Source: an uncultured Gammaproteobacteria bacterium (GTDB lineage Bacteria > Pseudomonadota > Gammaproteobacteria > GCA-001735895). From it: 60,970 nt of DNA. Made by a program: the position numbers and the translations under genes. The number at the start of each line of letters is the position of its first letter. Positions within the stretch are counted from its first letter, which is position 1. The stretch is from assembly GCA_964196115.1 (NCBI GenBank), contig CAXMRQ010000036.1:1-60970 (forward strand). The letters are read 5' to 3'. Below, in pieces: positions 29,861 through 39,585 of the stretch. Under the pieces are notes generated by a model that was not told the DNA's origin, made no database searches, and was given only the letters and a program-made list of their open reading frames with translations.

Positions 29861-31483
29861 TTGAATCGAATGAACCTCAGAAACAGCAATATAGAAAGAC
29901 TCGCTAACGAAACCTACGACGTGTTAATCATTGGCGGCGGCATTAATGGCGCAGTATCGGCGGCATCGCTATCGGCGAGAGGCGTTAAAGTCGCGCTGAT
30001 CGACCGAGGTGATTTTGCCTCCGGCACCAGCTCGGAGTCGTCCAACCTGGCCTGGGGTGGCATCAAGTACATGGAGACCTACGAGTTTCTGTTAGTCAAT
30101 AAATTGTGCAAAAGCCGCAATCACCTGATGAAAAACTACCCTTCGACGGTACAGGAAATTCGCTTTATGACGACCATTGCGAAGGGGTTTCGTTACCCGG
30201 TTTTTCTGATTTATCTCAGCACGCTGCTCTACTGGGTAATCGGTCGCTTCGTCACTAAAGCACCAAATTACCACAGCGTAAAAAAACTCGAGCAACTGGA
30301 GCCTGTCATCAATACCGAAAACGCACAGGGTGGTTTTGAGTATTCAGACTGTTATCTGCACGATAACGATGCACGCTTTGTATTTAATTTCATTCGTACT
30401 GCGATGAACTACGACTGTATAGCAGCCAATTATGTCGAGTCGTCGGGGTCAACACGAAGCAATGGAGAATGGATTACGCAAGCGAAAAATACGCTGAATG
30501 GAGAGCCATTAACGATTCGCTCGAAAGTACTAATAAACGCCTGTGGCCCCTGGGTGGACAGCCATAATCGTCTCACTGAACAGAAAACAGAGCATCGTCA
30601 TTTGTTCTCCAAGGGCATACATTTAATCGTCGGCAAGATCACCGAGTGCGACCGTGTTCTGGCATTCTTCGCCAGTGATGGGCGGCTGTTTTTCCTCATT
30701 CCTATGGGGCCGAAAACCTGTATTGGCACCACTGACACCCAGGTAGACGCACCAGAAACCGAGGTGACTGATGAAGATCGCGACTTTGTCCTGAGCAACA
30801 TCAACGCGCTGCTTGACCTCGATAAACCGTTAAGCAAGTCAGACATTATCGCCGAGCGATGTGGCGTGCGACCGCTTGCCCAAAAGGGTGACGATGGGGT
30901 CGCCGATTGGGTCAAGTTATCGCGCAAACATGCAATCGATATTAACCGCGAGGATCAGCACCTCAGTATTTTTGGCGGTAAGTTAACCGACTGCCTGAAT
31001 GTCGGTAACGAAGTAACGGAGTTAGTTGCGCAACTGGGTATCAAAACGCCCTACCCGAATAAAAAGTGGTATGGAGAGCCGGATCGTAGCGTGCATGAGG
31101 AGTTCCTCCACCAGTCGCAGCTAATGGAACTGGATGCGATGACAGACCCTTCCTCTTCCGAAATGCTAAGCACGCGTTTATGGCGTCGCTATGGCGCCAA
31201 TGCGCTAGAGATACTGGAGGGCATTCGCGAGGATCCTGAACGAGGCAAGCTACTGATTAAAAAAGCCGAATATCTGCGCGGTGAAATCGAACTCGCAGCG
31301 CGACGCGAGATGATTACCAAACTGGAAGATTTTCTGCGTCGACGTTCGAAAATTTCTCTGGTAGTACGCCATGCGGATCTTATTGCCGCACCCGGTTTGA
31401 AGGAAGCCTGTAAAATTTTATTTGCTGATCAGGCCGATGAAAAATTAGCCGAATATTTGCAAACCAGATCGCTTACAAATTGA
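29861..31483 (+). CDS. FAD-dependent glycerol-3-phosphate dehydrogenase/oxidase family (GlpD-like)
   Basis: IIGGGING, DFASGTSSESS, NACGPW, KGIHL, GVRPL, GGKLT. Confidence 0.85.
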   Translation: MNRMNLRNSNIERLANETYDVLIIGGGINGAVSAASLSARGVKVALIDRGDFASGTSSESSNLAWGGIKYMETYEFLLVNKLCKSRNHLMKNYPSTVQEIRFMTTIAKGFRYPVFLIYLSTLLYWVIGRFVTKAPNYHSVKKLEQLEPVINTENAQGGFEYSDCYLHDNDARFVFNFIRTAMNYDCIAANYVESSGSTRSNGEWITQAKNTLNGEPLTIRSKVLINACGPWVDSHNRLTEQKTEHRHLFSKGIHLIVGKITECDRVLAFFASDGRLFFLIPMGPKTCIGTTDTQVDAPETEVTDEDRDFVLSNINALLDLDKPLSKSDIIAERCGVRPLAQKGDDGVADWVKLSRKHAIDINREDQHLSIFGGKLTDCLNVGNEVTELVAQLGIKTPYPNKKWYGEPDRSVHEEFLHQSQLMELDAMTDPSSSEMLSTRLWRRYGANALEILEGIREDPERGKLLIKKAEYLRGEIELAARREMITKLEDFLRRRSKISLVVRHADLIAAPGLKEACKILFADQADEKLAEYLQTRSLTN

Positions 31484-31560
31484 TGGCACTATGATCTGAG
31501 AAGCACATCCAGATATTCGAGAAGATTAAGATCGATTCGTCCCGCCTGCATAATAATCTG

Positions 31561-31727
31561 TAGCCCGGAAAATTCATAAATCACGCACAATCTCGCTTGC
31601 CTATTGATTCCACAAGAAATAGTTCCTCAGTCGCTCGGAATCATTGATACGAGACTTCTTCGGATATTTCCTCGCGAAATCAATATGCTGCGCGATCCTC
31701 GCGCAGATTTATGAAATTTCCGGGCTA
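31561..31727 (-). mobile_element. MITE-like element, family D, copy 2 (inverted)
   Basis: TAGCCCGGAAA...TTTCCGGGCTA; same length as copy 1, with a compensatory terminal change. Confidence 0.85.
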
Positions 31728-31842
31728 ACACCTTTATTCGTTTGGTGAATAATAAATATAATTATCATTTATTTCAATTATGCCTCACAAACCCTTACCA
31801 TAGGCGGTGTTATCAATAACCCCTGACTCTAAAGGAATGACC

Positions 31843-33441
31843 ATGACTCAATACACTAAAGACATCGATTCAGTGGCAGCCCTGTGCACAGCACAAGGGG
31901 ACAGCTGGAATGCAGTTAACCCGGAATCTGTCGCACGTATGCGCGCCCAGAACCGCTTTAAAACCGGTTTGGATATTGCCAAATACACCGCCAAAATCAT
32001 GCGCGAGGACATGGTCGCCTACGATGGTGACTCATCTAAATACACCCAGTCGCTGGGCTGTTGGCACGGTTTCATCGCGCAGCAGAAAATGATTGCGATT
32101 AAGAAGTACCAGTCCACCACCAAAGGTTCTTATATCTACCTGTCAGGCTGGATGATCGCCGCGTTGCGTTCTGACTTTGGCCCATTGCCGGACCAGTCAA
32201 TGCACGAAAAGACAGCAGTTCCTGAGCTGATCGAAGAAATTTACACCTATCTGCGCCAGGCCGATGCACGTGAACTTGGCGGTTTGTTCCGCGAACTCGA
32301 TGCCGCCCGTGAAGCCGGTGATAGCGTTAAAGAAAAAGGAATCCAGAAACAAATAGATAACCACGAGACTCACGTCGTGCCGATTATTGCCGACATTGAC
32401 GCCGGTTTCGGCAACGAAGAAGCGACTTACCTGCTAGCGAAGAAAATTATCGAAGCCGGAGCCTGCTGCATCCAGATCGAAAATCAAGTCTCCGACGTCA
32501 AACAGTGCGGCCATCAGGATGGTAAGGTTACCGTTCCTCACGAAGACTTTATCGCCAAAATCAATGCCGTGCGTTATGCCTTCCTCGAGCTCGGTGTTGA
32601 AGACGCCATCATCGTCGCACGTACCGATTCACTCGGCGCTGGCCTGACTCAAAAAATTCCAGTATCCACTGCCGAGGGCGATCTGGCTTCTCAATACAAC
32701 GCTTTCATCGCAACCACCCCTGTCGAATCTGTCGATGATATCGTCGATGGCGATATGGTGATCGGGCAAAACGGTCAACTGGTTAAGCCGGTTCGCTTAC
32801 CTAACGGCCTGATACGCTTCAAGGAAGGTAGCGGTGAAGATCGTTGCGTACTCGACGGCATTACTGCACTGCGAAATGGTGCTGACTTGTTGTGGATCGA
32901 AACCGAGAAGCCTCATCTCGAACAAATCGGCGGAATGATTAATCGAATTCGTGAAGTGATCCCGAATGCCAAACTGCTTTACAACAACAGCCCGTCGTTC
33001 AACTGGACGCTAAACTTCCGCCAGCAGGTTTTCGATGCCTGGAGCGAAGAAGGTAAAGACGTCTCAGCCTATGATCGCGCTGGATTGATGAGCGTCGATT
33101 ACGACGACACCGAACTAGGTACGGCCGCCGATGGGCGAATTCGTTCTTTCCAGGCTGACGCGGCTCGCGTAGCAGGTGTTTTCCATCACCTGATCACGCT
33201 GCCGACCTACCACACTGCGGCCTTGTCTACCGACACGCTGGCCAGAGACTACTTCGGCACCGAGGGCATGCTCGGTTATGTCGCTAATGTTCAGCGCCAG
33301 GAAATTCGCCAGAGTGTTGCCTGCGTTAAACACCAGAACATGGCTGGTTCCGATATGGGTGATGATCACAAAGAGTACTTCTCAGGTGCGCAAGCGCTGA
33401 AAGCCTCGGGTAAAGACAACACGATGAATCAGTTTGGATAA
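31843..33441 (+). CDS. aceA: Isocitrate lyase (long type)
   Basis: YLSGW, DIDAGFG, KQCGHQ catalytic loop, WIETEKP, YNNSPSFNW; AAGGA RBS before ATG at 31843. Confidence 0.95.
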   Translation: MTQYTKDIDSVAALCTAQGDSWNAVNPESVARMRAQNRFKTGLDIAKYTAKIMREDMVAYDGDSSKYTQSLGCWHGFIAQQKMIAIKKYQSTTKGSYIYLSGWMIAALRSDFGPLPDQSMHEKTAVPELIEEIYTYLRQADARELGGLFRELDAAREAGDSVKEKGIQKQIDNHETHVVPIIADIDAGFGNEEATYLLAKKIIEAGACCIQIENQVSDVKQCGHQDGKVTVPHEDFIAKINAVRYAFLELGVEDAIIVARTDSLGAGLTQKIPVSTAEGDLASQYNAFIATTPVESVDDIVDGDMVIGQNGQLVKPVRLPNGLIRFKEGSGEDRCVLDGITALRNGADLLWIETEKPHLEQIGGMINRIREVIPNAKLLYNNSPSFNWTLNFRQQVFDAWSEEGKDVSAYDRAGLMSVDYDDTELGTAADGRIRSFQADAARVAGVFHHLITLPTYHTAALSTDTLARDYFGTEGMLGYVANVQRQEIRQSVACVKHQNMAGSDMGDDHKEYFSGAQALKASGKDNTMNQFG

Positions 33442-33465
33442 CAACATTTCTAAATAGTGTTTTCG

Positions 33466-33495
33466 AAGGGCGGAATTATTTCCGCCCTTTTTTTT
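33466..33495 (+). terminator. Rho-independent terminator of aceA
   Basis: AAGGGCGGAA-TTAT-TTCCGCCCTT followed by a T-tract. Confidence 0.9.
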
Positions 33496-34178
33496 GTTTT
33501 GTTAGGATGGCGCATTGCATAGGGATGTGCCGGTGCCGTGAAGCACAGGGAGGTGCGAGAACGGCCTCCCGGAGCGATTACAGTCGGGACGTCGTATCGC
33601 TACTTCCCTGTAGGCCGCCCTTCGGGCCGCCCTGCGGACGTTCAAGTCAAGGGGTCTTGAAACTTGAATTTATGTGAAGATAAGATTTCGAAATCCTAAA
33701 ATCCCTCTTTAATTCACAATTAAAGACGCGACCCCAGAGACAAATATCTCTAGCATAGAACAAAATTAAGGGACAACTTTAGGGGCATTAAAATTCCAGG
33801 GAAAATATAATCGTAAAGATATTAATACTTTAATACTAGAGGGTGGTAGATGACGTATCAACCGCAATGACTGGAAGGCCTTTTACCGACTCAAAATGAC
33901 AGGGATGGTTGCTGACAACCACAGGGCGAATGATTTTCTGGCCAAGTTGGTACATTAACTGAGGACCCTCTTTTAAAACCCTCGGAAATCGAAAAAGCGG
34001 ACGCTGGGAAATCCTCGACGAGCGGCAGAAAACGACCCATAACAGACTTTCGGGAAAGGTAAGGTGAGAGGCAACCTTCGGCCAACAATGGGCGCTCAGG
34101 TTTCCGAGTTTATTGGCCTCTGACAGGTTTTCGCGCTAGTATCTGTCTGACCTGCCAACTTTAAGAGGTTGTCTTCAG

Positions 34179-34498
34179 TTGGACGAACGTCTACCGCGTA
34201 AACTTGCCGCAATTATGTACGCAGATGTGGCTGAGTATAGTCGGTTGACCGGAGACGGCGAAGATGCTACACATAGGGCGCTCAGCGAATCCCTTGATCT
34301 AATATCCAACACTATCCAGTCCCATCAGGGTAAAAGGTGATGCTCTACGCAGGCAATGCCGTGGTTGACGCTGTATCCATTGCCACGGATATACAGAGAC
34401 AACTCGGTATTCGAAACGCTGATCTGCCTGACCAGCGCAAGGTGCAATTTCGCATCGGAGTGAACCTGGGGGACGTGATCGAACCGGCAGTGTTATGA
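34179..34498 (+). pseudogene. Class III adenylate/guanylate cyclase remnant (frameshifted, truncated)
   Basis: LDERLPRKLAAIMYADVAEYSRLTG..., then in a shifted frame VMLYAGNA...KVQFRIGVNLGDVIE; not in ORF track. Confidence 0.8.
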
Positions 34499-34551
34499 AC
34501 TTGCATTGGAAGTGTTTACAATGTATTTGAGTCGAAACCACAATATCAATT

Positions 34552-35799
34552 ATGTCATTTACAGAAGTTAAAGTGCCCGTACCAGAACTCAAACCAGGGA
34601 TGTATGTCAGTCGTCTGGACAAACCATGGCTGGATACACCCTATAAGGTGCAAGGTTTTTTGCTGAAAGAGCAAAAAGATATAGATCGACTGCAGAAGTA
34701 CTGCGAATTTGTATATATTGACAATGAAAAAAGCACCAAAGCTTTCGAACCAAATAGCACTTCCTCAAAACTGCTTCTTACCGATGAAGCGCAGAAGTTT
34801 CTACTCATTAATGCTAAACCTCGTCAATACCCGGAAAAGTCAACCTTAAAGGACGAGCTAAAAGTTGCTCATGTTGAACATGAAGCACTGAGCAATACGA
34901 TCAAGGCAATTATCGAAAATACAGCAAAGAGCAACAGACTCGATTTAATAACGATTCAAAAAGCTGTCACGCCAATAGTTGACAGTGTGGTTCGAAATTC
35001 AGATGCGTTCGTTTGGCTAACCATGATGAAAAGGAGTGATAGCTACGCCTATAACCACTCAATCAGTTCTGCAATCTGGGCTGCGGCCTTTGGCAGGAAA
35101 CTCGGGTTGCCGATCAAGGATATCAAGTCGGCTGCCATGGGTGGGTTACTTTTCGATATTGGCAAAGTAAAGCTGCCTGAAAATCTGATTAGTAATCCCA
35201 ATAGCTATGACCCGATTGAATTCAAACTGGTAAAAAAACATGTGGAATACGGCATCGATATAGTCCGTAAAATTGATGGGATTAATGACGAGATAGTGCA
35301 AATGGTAGCGACTCATCACGAACGTCACGATGGCAGTGGATATCCAAATGGACTAGACGGCAATAACATTCCGCTGTTTGGCAAAATGGCGGGCATTATT
35401 GATTGTTACGATGCGATCATTTCCGATCGTCCACATGCAAAAGCGATGTCACCGCATGATGCTGTTAAAAAACTTTATGACCTGAGCGGTAGTGCCTACC
35501 AGCCAGAATTGATTGAACAATTTATTCAGGTAGTAGGCATTTATCCGGTAAGCACTATGGTCGAACTCAGTGACAGACGGATTGGGGTGGTGGTTGCGCT
35601 CCATAAAGTGCGTCGTTTGCGACCGAAAATTATGTTGATTCTCGATAAAAACAAGAAGCTGTACGATAAATACGAAATTATCAATCTGGCTGAAGTAACA
35701 GTAGATGAAGAAGGGCAGCCGCTAAATATAGTAAAAACGACAAACGCCAGTAAATACGGACTGGATCCGAGCCAGTTTTATCTGCTTGAGAAGGCATAA
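34552..35799 (+). CDS. DUF3391 + HD-GYP domain protein
   Basis: LKPGMYVSRLDKPWLDTPY N-terminal domain; HHERHDGSGYP; HD dyad reads FD (LLFDIGK). Confidence 0.88.
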   Translation: MSFTEVKVPVPELKPGMYVSRLDKPWLDTPYKVQGFLLKEQKDIDRLQKYCEFVYIDNEKSTKAFEPNSTSSKLLLTDEAQKFLLINAKPRQYPEKSTLKDELKVAHVEHEALSNTIKAIIENTAKSNRLDLITIQKAVTPIVDSVVRNSDAFVWLTMMKRSDSYAYNHSISSAIWAAAFGRKLGLPIKDIKSAAMGGLLFDIGKVKLPENLISNPNSYDPIEFKLVKKHVEYGIDIVRKIDGINDEIVQMVATHHERHDGSGYPNGLDGNNIPLFGKMAGIIDCYDAIISDRPHAKAMSPHDAVKKLYDLSGSAYQPELIEQFIQVVGIYPVSTMVELSDRRIGVVVALHKVRRLRPKIMLILDKNKKLYDKYEIINLAEVTVDEEGQPLNIVKTTNASKYGLDPSQFYLLEKA

Positions 35800-37079
35800 T
35801 GGAGACACCTGTCGGTGTAATCGGCCACGTTCATTTACAGGGAAAACTGAATGGACTGATCGAAGATCATAAAAATCGGGTGGCAGAGTTTGCTATATTA
35901 CTAATCCGAATTAACAAGTTCAGACAATTAAATATTACCCACGGATACCGAATCGGGGACGGTGTGCTGATCGAATTTTACAATCGTCTTAATACATTGG
36001 CACAAAACCACGACGAGGTCGTCAGGGTTGGCAGCGCTGACTTCATGTTGATCATAAACGATTTGCAAAATGAAGGACACGCTACGCTTGCCGCGATAAG
36101 ATTATTGGGCGAGCTTGAAGAAGAATTCGAGATTGCTGACAGAAAACTAAAGATAAACGTTGAAATCGGTGTGGCAATATTTCCTTACCACGGCCAAGAT
36201 AGTGGTACTCTGTTAATTAATTCGGAAATTGCTCTTACCGCTGCGCTGCGTAAAAGCCCTCCCTATATTATTTATTCCCAAGCATATGAACAGAATGACG
36301 CAACCAGCTGGGATATTGATTCTGAACTGCGAGCCGCGATAGATAAAGACCAGTTCGAATTATATTTCCAGCCGCAGGTTAATCTCAAAACTGGACAGCC
36401 ATTTGGAGCGGAAGCATTACTGTGCTGGAAGCACCCTGACCGGGGTTTTGTTCGACCCGATTATTTTATTCCAATTGCCGAACAAAGTAATGTCATTCAC
36501 GGTATAACCGACTGGACAATCCGTGCAGCACTTTGGCTGACCAAGGACCGGCCAGTCGGTCCAGTACCTCTGAGAGTGTCCGTTAATTTGTCGCCGAGAG
36601 TATTTGATGGCGGCGGGTTGATCGAGTCTATTCAAAATTCAGCGGCGGTTTTTAATGCAAATCTCAATAATTTGACGCTTGAGGTCACTGAAAGCGCCTT
36701 AATGGAAAATGTTTCCATAGGAACCAGCATTCTGGAGGAGTTGAAATCGTTGGGAGTAAATATTTCGATCGACCATTTTGGCACTGGCTATTCTTCAATG
36801 GCTTATTTCAAAAACATACCCGCCAACGAATTGAAGATCGATCGATCGTTTGTATCCGGCATGGTGGAAAATCCAAAGGATATGCATATTGTTCGTTCGA
36901 TGATTGATATGTCTCAGGGCTTCGGACTCAAGGTGGTCGCGGAAGGAGTCGAAAATCGTGAAACTTTCGATTTGCTGAAAACATTTGGCTGCGATATCGC
37001 ACAAGGCGAGTATGTTTCCAGACCCATGCCACAGGACAAGTTTATTGAATGGCTTGAACAGTATTATGAGGTTTGCTGA
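35799..37079 (+). CDS. GGDEF-EAL protein with degenerate motifs
   Basis: GGDEF replaced by GSADF; EALLCW; DHFGTGYSS; LKIDRSF, AEGVE; start overlaps the HD-GYP stop. Confidence 0.88.
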   Translation: METPVGVIGHVHLQGKLNGLIEDHKNRVAEFAILLIRINKFRQLNITHGYRIGDGVLIEFYNRLNTLAQNHDEVVRVGSADFMLIINDLQNEGHATLAAIRLLGELEEEFEIADRKLKINVEIGVAIFPYHGQDSGTLLINSEIALTAALRKSPPYIIYSQAYEQNDATSWDIDSELRAAIDKDQFELYFQPQVNLKTGQPFGAEALLCWKHPDRGFVRPDYFIPIAEQSNVIHGITDWTIRAALWLTKDRPVGPVPLRVSVNLSPRVFDGGGLIESIQNSAAVFNANLNNLTLEVTESALMENVSIGTSILEELKSLGVNISIDHFGTGYSSMAYFKNIPANELKIDRSFVSGMVENPKDMHIVRSMIDMSQGFGLKVVAEGVENRETFDLLKTFGCDIAQGEYVSRPMPQDKFIEWLEQYYEVC

Positions 37080-37122
37080 GAGTATTGATGAGAAAAATAG
37101 ATTCAAGTGATCTGAGCTGCAT

Positions 37123-37600
37123 TTAGCGGGTGATGATCAGGATCCGATGCATGCGATTGATACTCATTGAGCCTTCTTTTTCGAAGTGGGTAATCACCCA
37201 GCTGCCAATTTTAAGTGAGATAACCCTAGCTACTAATGATCCGACGATTATTTCTCCAATAAACAAGTACCAATTAATGTAGTAGTTTTCTGGATTCCGA
37301 ATGAAATGTACAAACGAACCTAGCCCCAATCTTCCTAAAGCCCGCCAAAAATCAATGTGAAGAGACCGATTGCTCCATAAAGCGTTCCACTAACCCAACC
37401 AATGCCACCAAATATTAAAAAAATAATATTCCTAGTGTAGCGCCCAGCGATCCCCCGGCAATTAATTCCCATGCAATAACATAGAAAGGTTTTTCTTCTA
37501 CACCAGCATACATGGTTAGTTGTATTACCGCGTACATCAATCCTGCAAAAATCGATGTACCCAAGGCTTTTCGAGCTATCGTTTGTTTTTGCACTTTCAC
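37123..37600 (-). pseudogene. Gly-rich membrane protein broken by two frameshifts; cassette-like
   Basis: ORFs 37415-37600 and 37123-37329 join into one hydrophobic ~160-aa protein if 1 nt is added in a T-run (~37420) and in a G-run (~37340); AGGAG RBS then GTG. Confidence 0.6.
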
Positions 37601-37607
37601 TCCTAAT

Positions 37608-37675
37608 GCCTAACGCCGAAGCAAAGCCGCAGGCCCACCCGAGGAGGGACTGTCGGCTTGAGCGCCTTGTGTGTG
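37608..37675 (-). other. Integron attC-like site
   Basis: Minus strand reads ...ACAAGGCGCTCAAGCCGAC-hairpin-CGGCTTTGCTTCGGC-GTTAGGC: intact R' (GTTRRRY), L''/L' pairing, degenerate R''; lies directly before the RBS of the cassette ORF. Confidence 0.65.
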
Positions 37676-37856
37676 TATTTCGCTCGTCAGATTTAGACGT
37701 GAAGGTCCGTTCCTGGCCGATTGGAGAAGTTTTCGTTCATTAATTGAACGGCAGCTTACGAGAAAGCCGACCTTCAGATTCGGCTTGGTGACTTCGGCTC
37801 ATTGCCCTTAGCGGACATGCCCAGCCGTTTCATTAATTCTGATTATGGTAGCAATT

Positions 37857-37885
37857 TAGACTTTCCCAGTGGAGGGGTGTATAAA
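37857..37885 (+). promoter_or_regulatory. Putative sigma70 promoter for the riboswitch-lipoprotein transcript
   Basis: TAGACT-N17-TATAAA. Confidence 0.5.
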
Positions 37886-37902
37886 TGATTTGTAGTAAAA
37901 AA

Positions 37903-38005
37903 CAATAAAGCCAAACCCGACTAAAGTCGGGGACGGAAAGCCACGGGTCCTCGCTTCCTCCGAGAAGCCACGAAAGATTCCCCGAAGGACCCTAGCCAGG
38001 TAAAT
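37903..38005 (+). ncRNA. c-di-GMP-I (GEMM-I)-like riboswitch
   Basis: GCCAAA-CCCGAC-TAAA-GTCGGG-GACGGAAAGCCAC-GGGTCCT...AGGACCC-TAGCCAGGT; compensatory C21-G46 pair; 3' end atypical. Confidence 0.75.
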
Positions 38006-38016
38006 GAGGTGGCAAT

Positions 38017-39333
38017 GTGCGGTTTCTACCACTAATCCTAATTATTAGCATTACTGCCTGGCTTCTGGCTTGTGATCCCGTAATCGATGACGTGACCGTA
38101 GCAACTCCGCCGACCGTGCTGGATTTCGCGAGTATGCCCGCGACGGGTCAAACGCTATCCCCTGGGGGAGATTCGCGATTTGAGATCACCGGCCTTACAC
38201 CCGGGACCTTGTACAGCGTCTCCATTGCGGGAAACAATAACACCCAACTTAGTGTTTTTAACGCCAATTTTTCCATTTTTTTGTGCATCGGTTTCGCTTC
38301 CACCGGTAGCGGGAGTTGCAGCGCTTCTCCCTCGGGCACATCGTTATACTTGCGCGTGAGAGATAACTCCGGATTTGGCGATACCTTTACCCTCGACGTG
38401 ACCGTAGCAACTCCCACCGTGCTGGATTTCGCGAGTATGCCCGCGACGGGTCAAATGGTATCCCCCGCAGGAGATTCGCTATTTGAGATCACCGGCCTTA
38501 CACCCGGGACCTTGTACAGCGTCTCCATTGCGGGAAACAATAACACCCGACTTTTTGTTTTGGACGACCCCAATTTTTACATTGATTTGTGCATCGGTTT
38601 CGCTTACACCGGTAGCGGGAATTGCAGCGCTTCTCCCTCGGGCACATCACTATTCTTGCGCGTGAGAGATAACTCCGGATTGGGCGACACCTTCACCCTC
38701 GACATTATCGTAGCGACTCCGACCGTGCTGGACTTCGCGAGTATGCCCGCGACGGGACAAACGCTATCCCCTGGGGGAGAAGCGCTATATGAGATCACCG
38801 GCCTTACACCCGAAACCATATACAGCGCCTCCATTGCGGGAAACACAAGCACCCAACTTAGTGTTTTTAACGATCCCAATTTTTACATTGTTTTGTGCAT
38901 CGGTTTCGCTCCCGCCGGTAGCGGGACTTGCAGCGCCACTCCCTCGGGCACCTCGTTATACTTGCGCGTGAGAGATTACTCCGGAACGGGCGACACCTTC
39001 ACCCTCGACATTATCGTACCCACTCCGACCACTCTGGACTTCGCGAGTATGCCCGCGACGGGACAAACGCTATCCTCTGGGGGAGAAGCGCTATATGAGA
39101 TCACCGGCCTTACACCCGAAACCATATACAGCGTCTCCATTGCGGCACCCAATAACACCCAACTTAGTGTTTTTAACGATCCCAATTTTTCCATTTTTTT
39201 GTGCATCGGTTTCGGCTCCACCGGTAGCGGGAGTTGCAGCGCCACTCCCTCGGGCACATCACTATTCTTGCGCGTGAGCACCTCCGGAACGGGCGCCACC
39301 TTCTCCCTCGACGTGACCGTAGCGCCGCCCTAA
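38017..39333 (+). CDS. Lipoprotein with four ~101-aa beta-rich repeats, each with two Cys
   Basis: MRFLPLILIISITAWLLA-C lipobox; repeats PTVLDFASMPATGQ...CIGF..GSGxC..LYLRV..GDTFTLD; GAGGT RBS. Confidence 0.85.
   Translation: MRFLPLILIISITAWLLACDPVIDDVTVATPPTVLDFASMPATGQTLSPGGDSRFEITGLTPGTLYSVSIAGNNNTQLSVFNANFSIFLCIGFASTGSGSCSASPSGTSLYLRVRDNSGFGDTFTLDVTVATPTVLDFASMPATGQMVSPAGDSLFEITGLTPGTLYSVSIAGNNNTRLFVLDDPNFYIDLCIGFAYTGSGNCSASPSGTSLFLRVRDNSGLGDTFTLDIIVATPTVLDFASMPATGQTLSPGGEALYEITGLTPETIYSASIAGNTSTQLSVFNDPNFYIVLCIGFAPAGSGTCSATPSGTSLYLRVRDYSGTGDTFTLDIIVPTPTTLDFASMPATGQTLSSGGEALYEITGLTPETIYSVSIAAPNNTQLSVFNDPNFSIFLCIGFGSTGSGSCSATPSGTSLFLRVSTSGTGATFSLDVTVAPP
38110..39330 (+). repeat. Four coding tandem repeats (303, 306, 306, ~306 bp)
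   Basis: Units start at 38110, 38413, 38719 and 39025 with visibly high nucleotide identity. Confidence 0.9.
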
Positions 39334-39585
39334 ACTCCGATGGTGGGATGGCATTAAGGGACAGACCACGTTTTACAATTTTAGAATGAAATGTGCGCCA
39401 TGATCTGATGATTATGAGCGACCGTTATTGGCCGAAATACGAAGCTCGGTAAACGCGTTTCAGCGTCTCCTTTGGAGAAAGCTGACGCTCAAACTCGATG
39501 AATCAGCGGCAATAACCGACCGAATCTGTTGAAAAACTCGAATCGACGGTTAGAAAATAAATTCCTCCTGTCTCGATGTTGATTG

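Noticed and set aside
33860-34170. Unexplained non-coding tract and 65-aa minus-strand ORF
   Set aside because: No recognisable protein, intron or IS motif by eye; needs BLASTN/Rfam
38110-39330. Possible CRISPR or DGR-type repeats
   Set aside because: Units are ~305-bp in-frame coding repeats with no spacers, cas genes or reverse transcriptase; no CRISPR array was seen anywhere in the window
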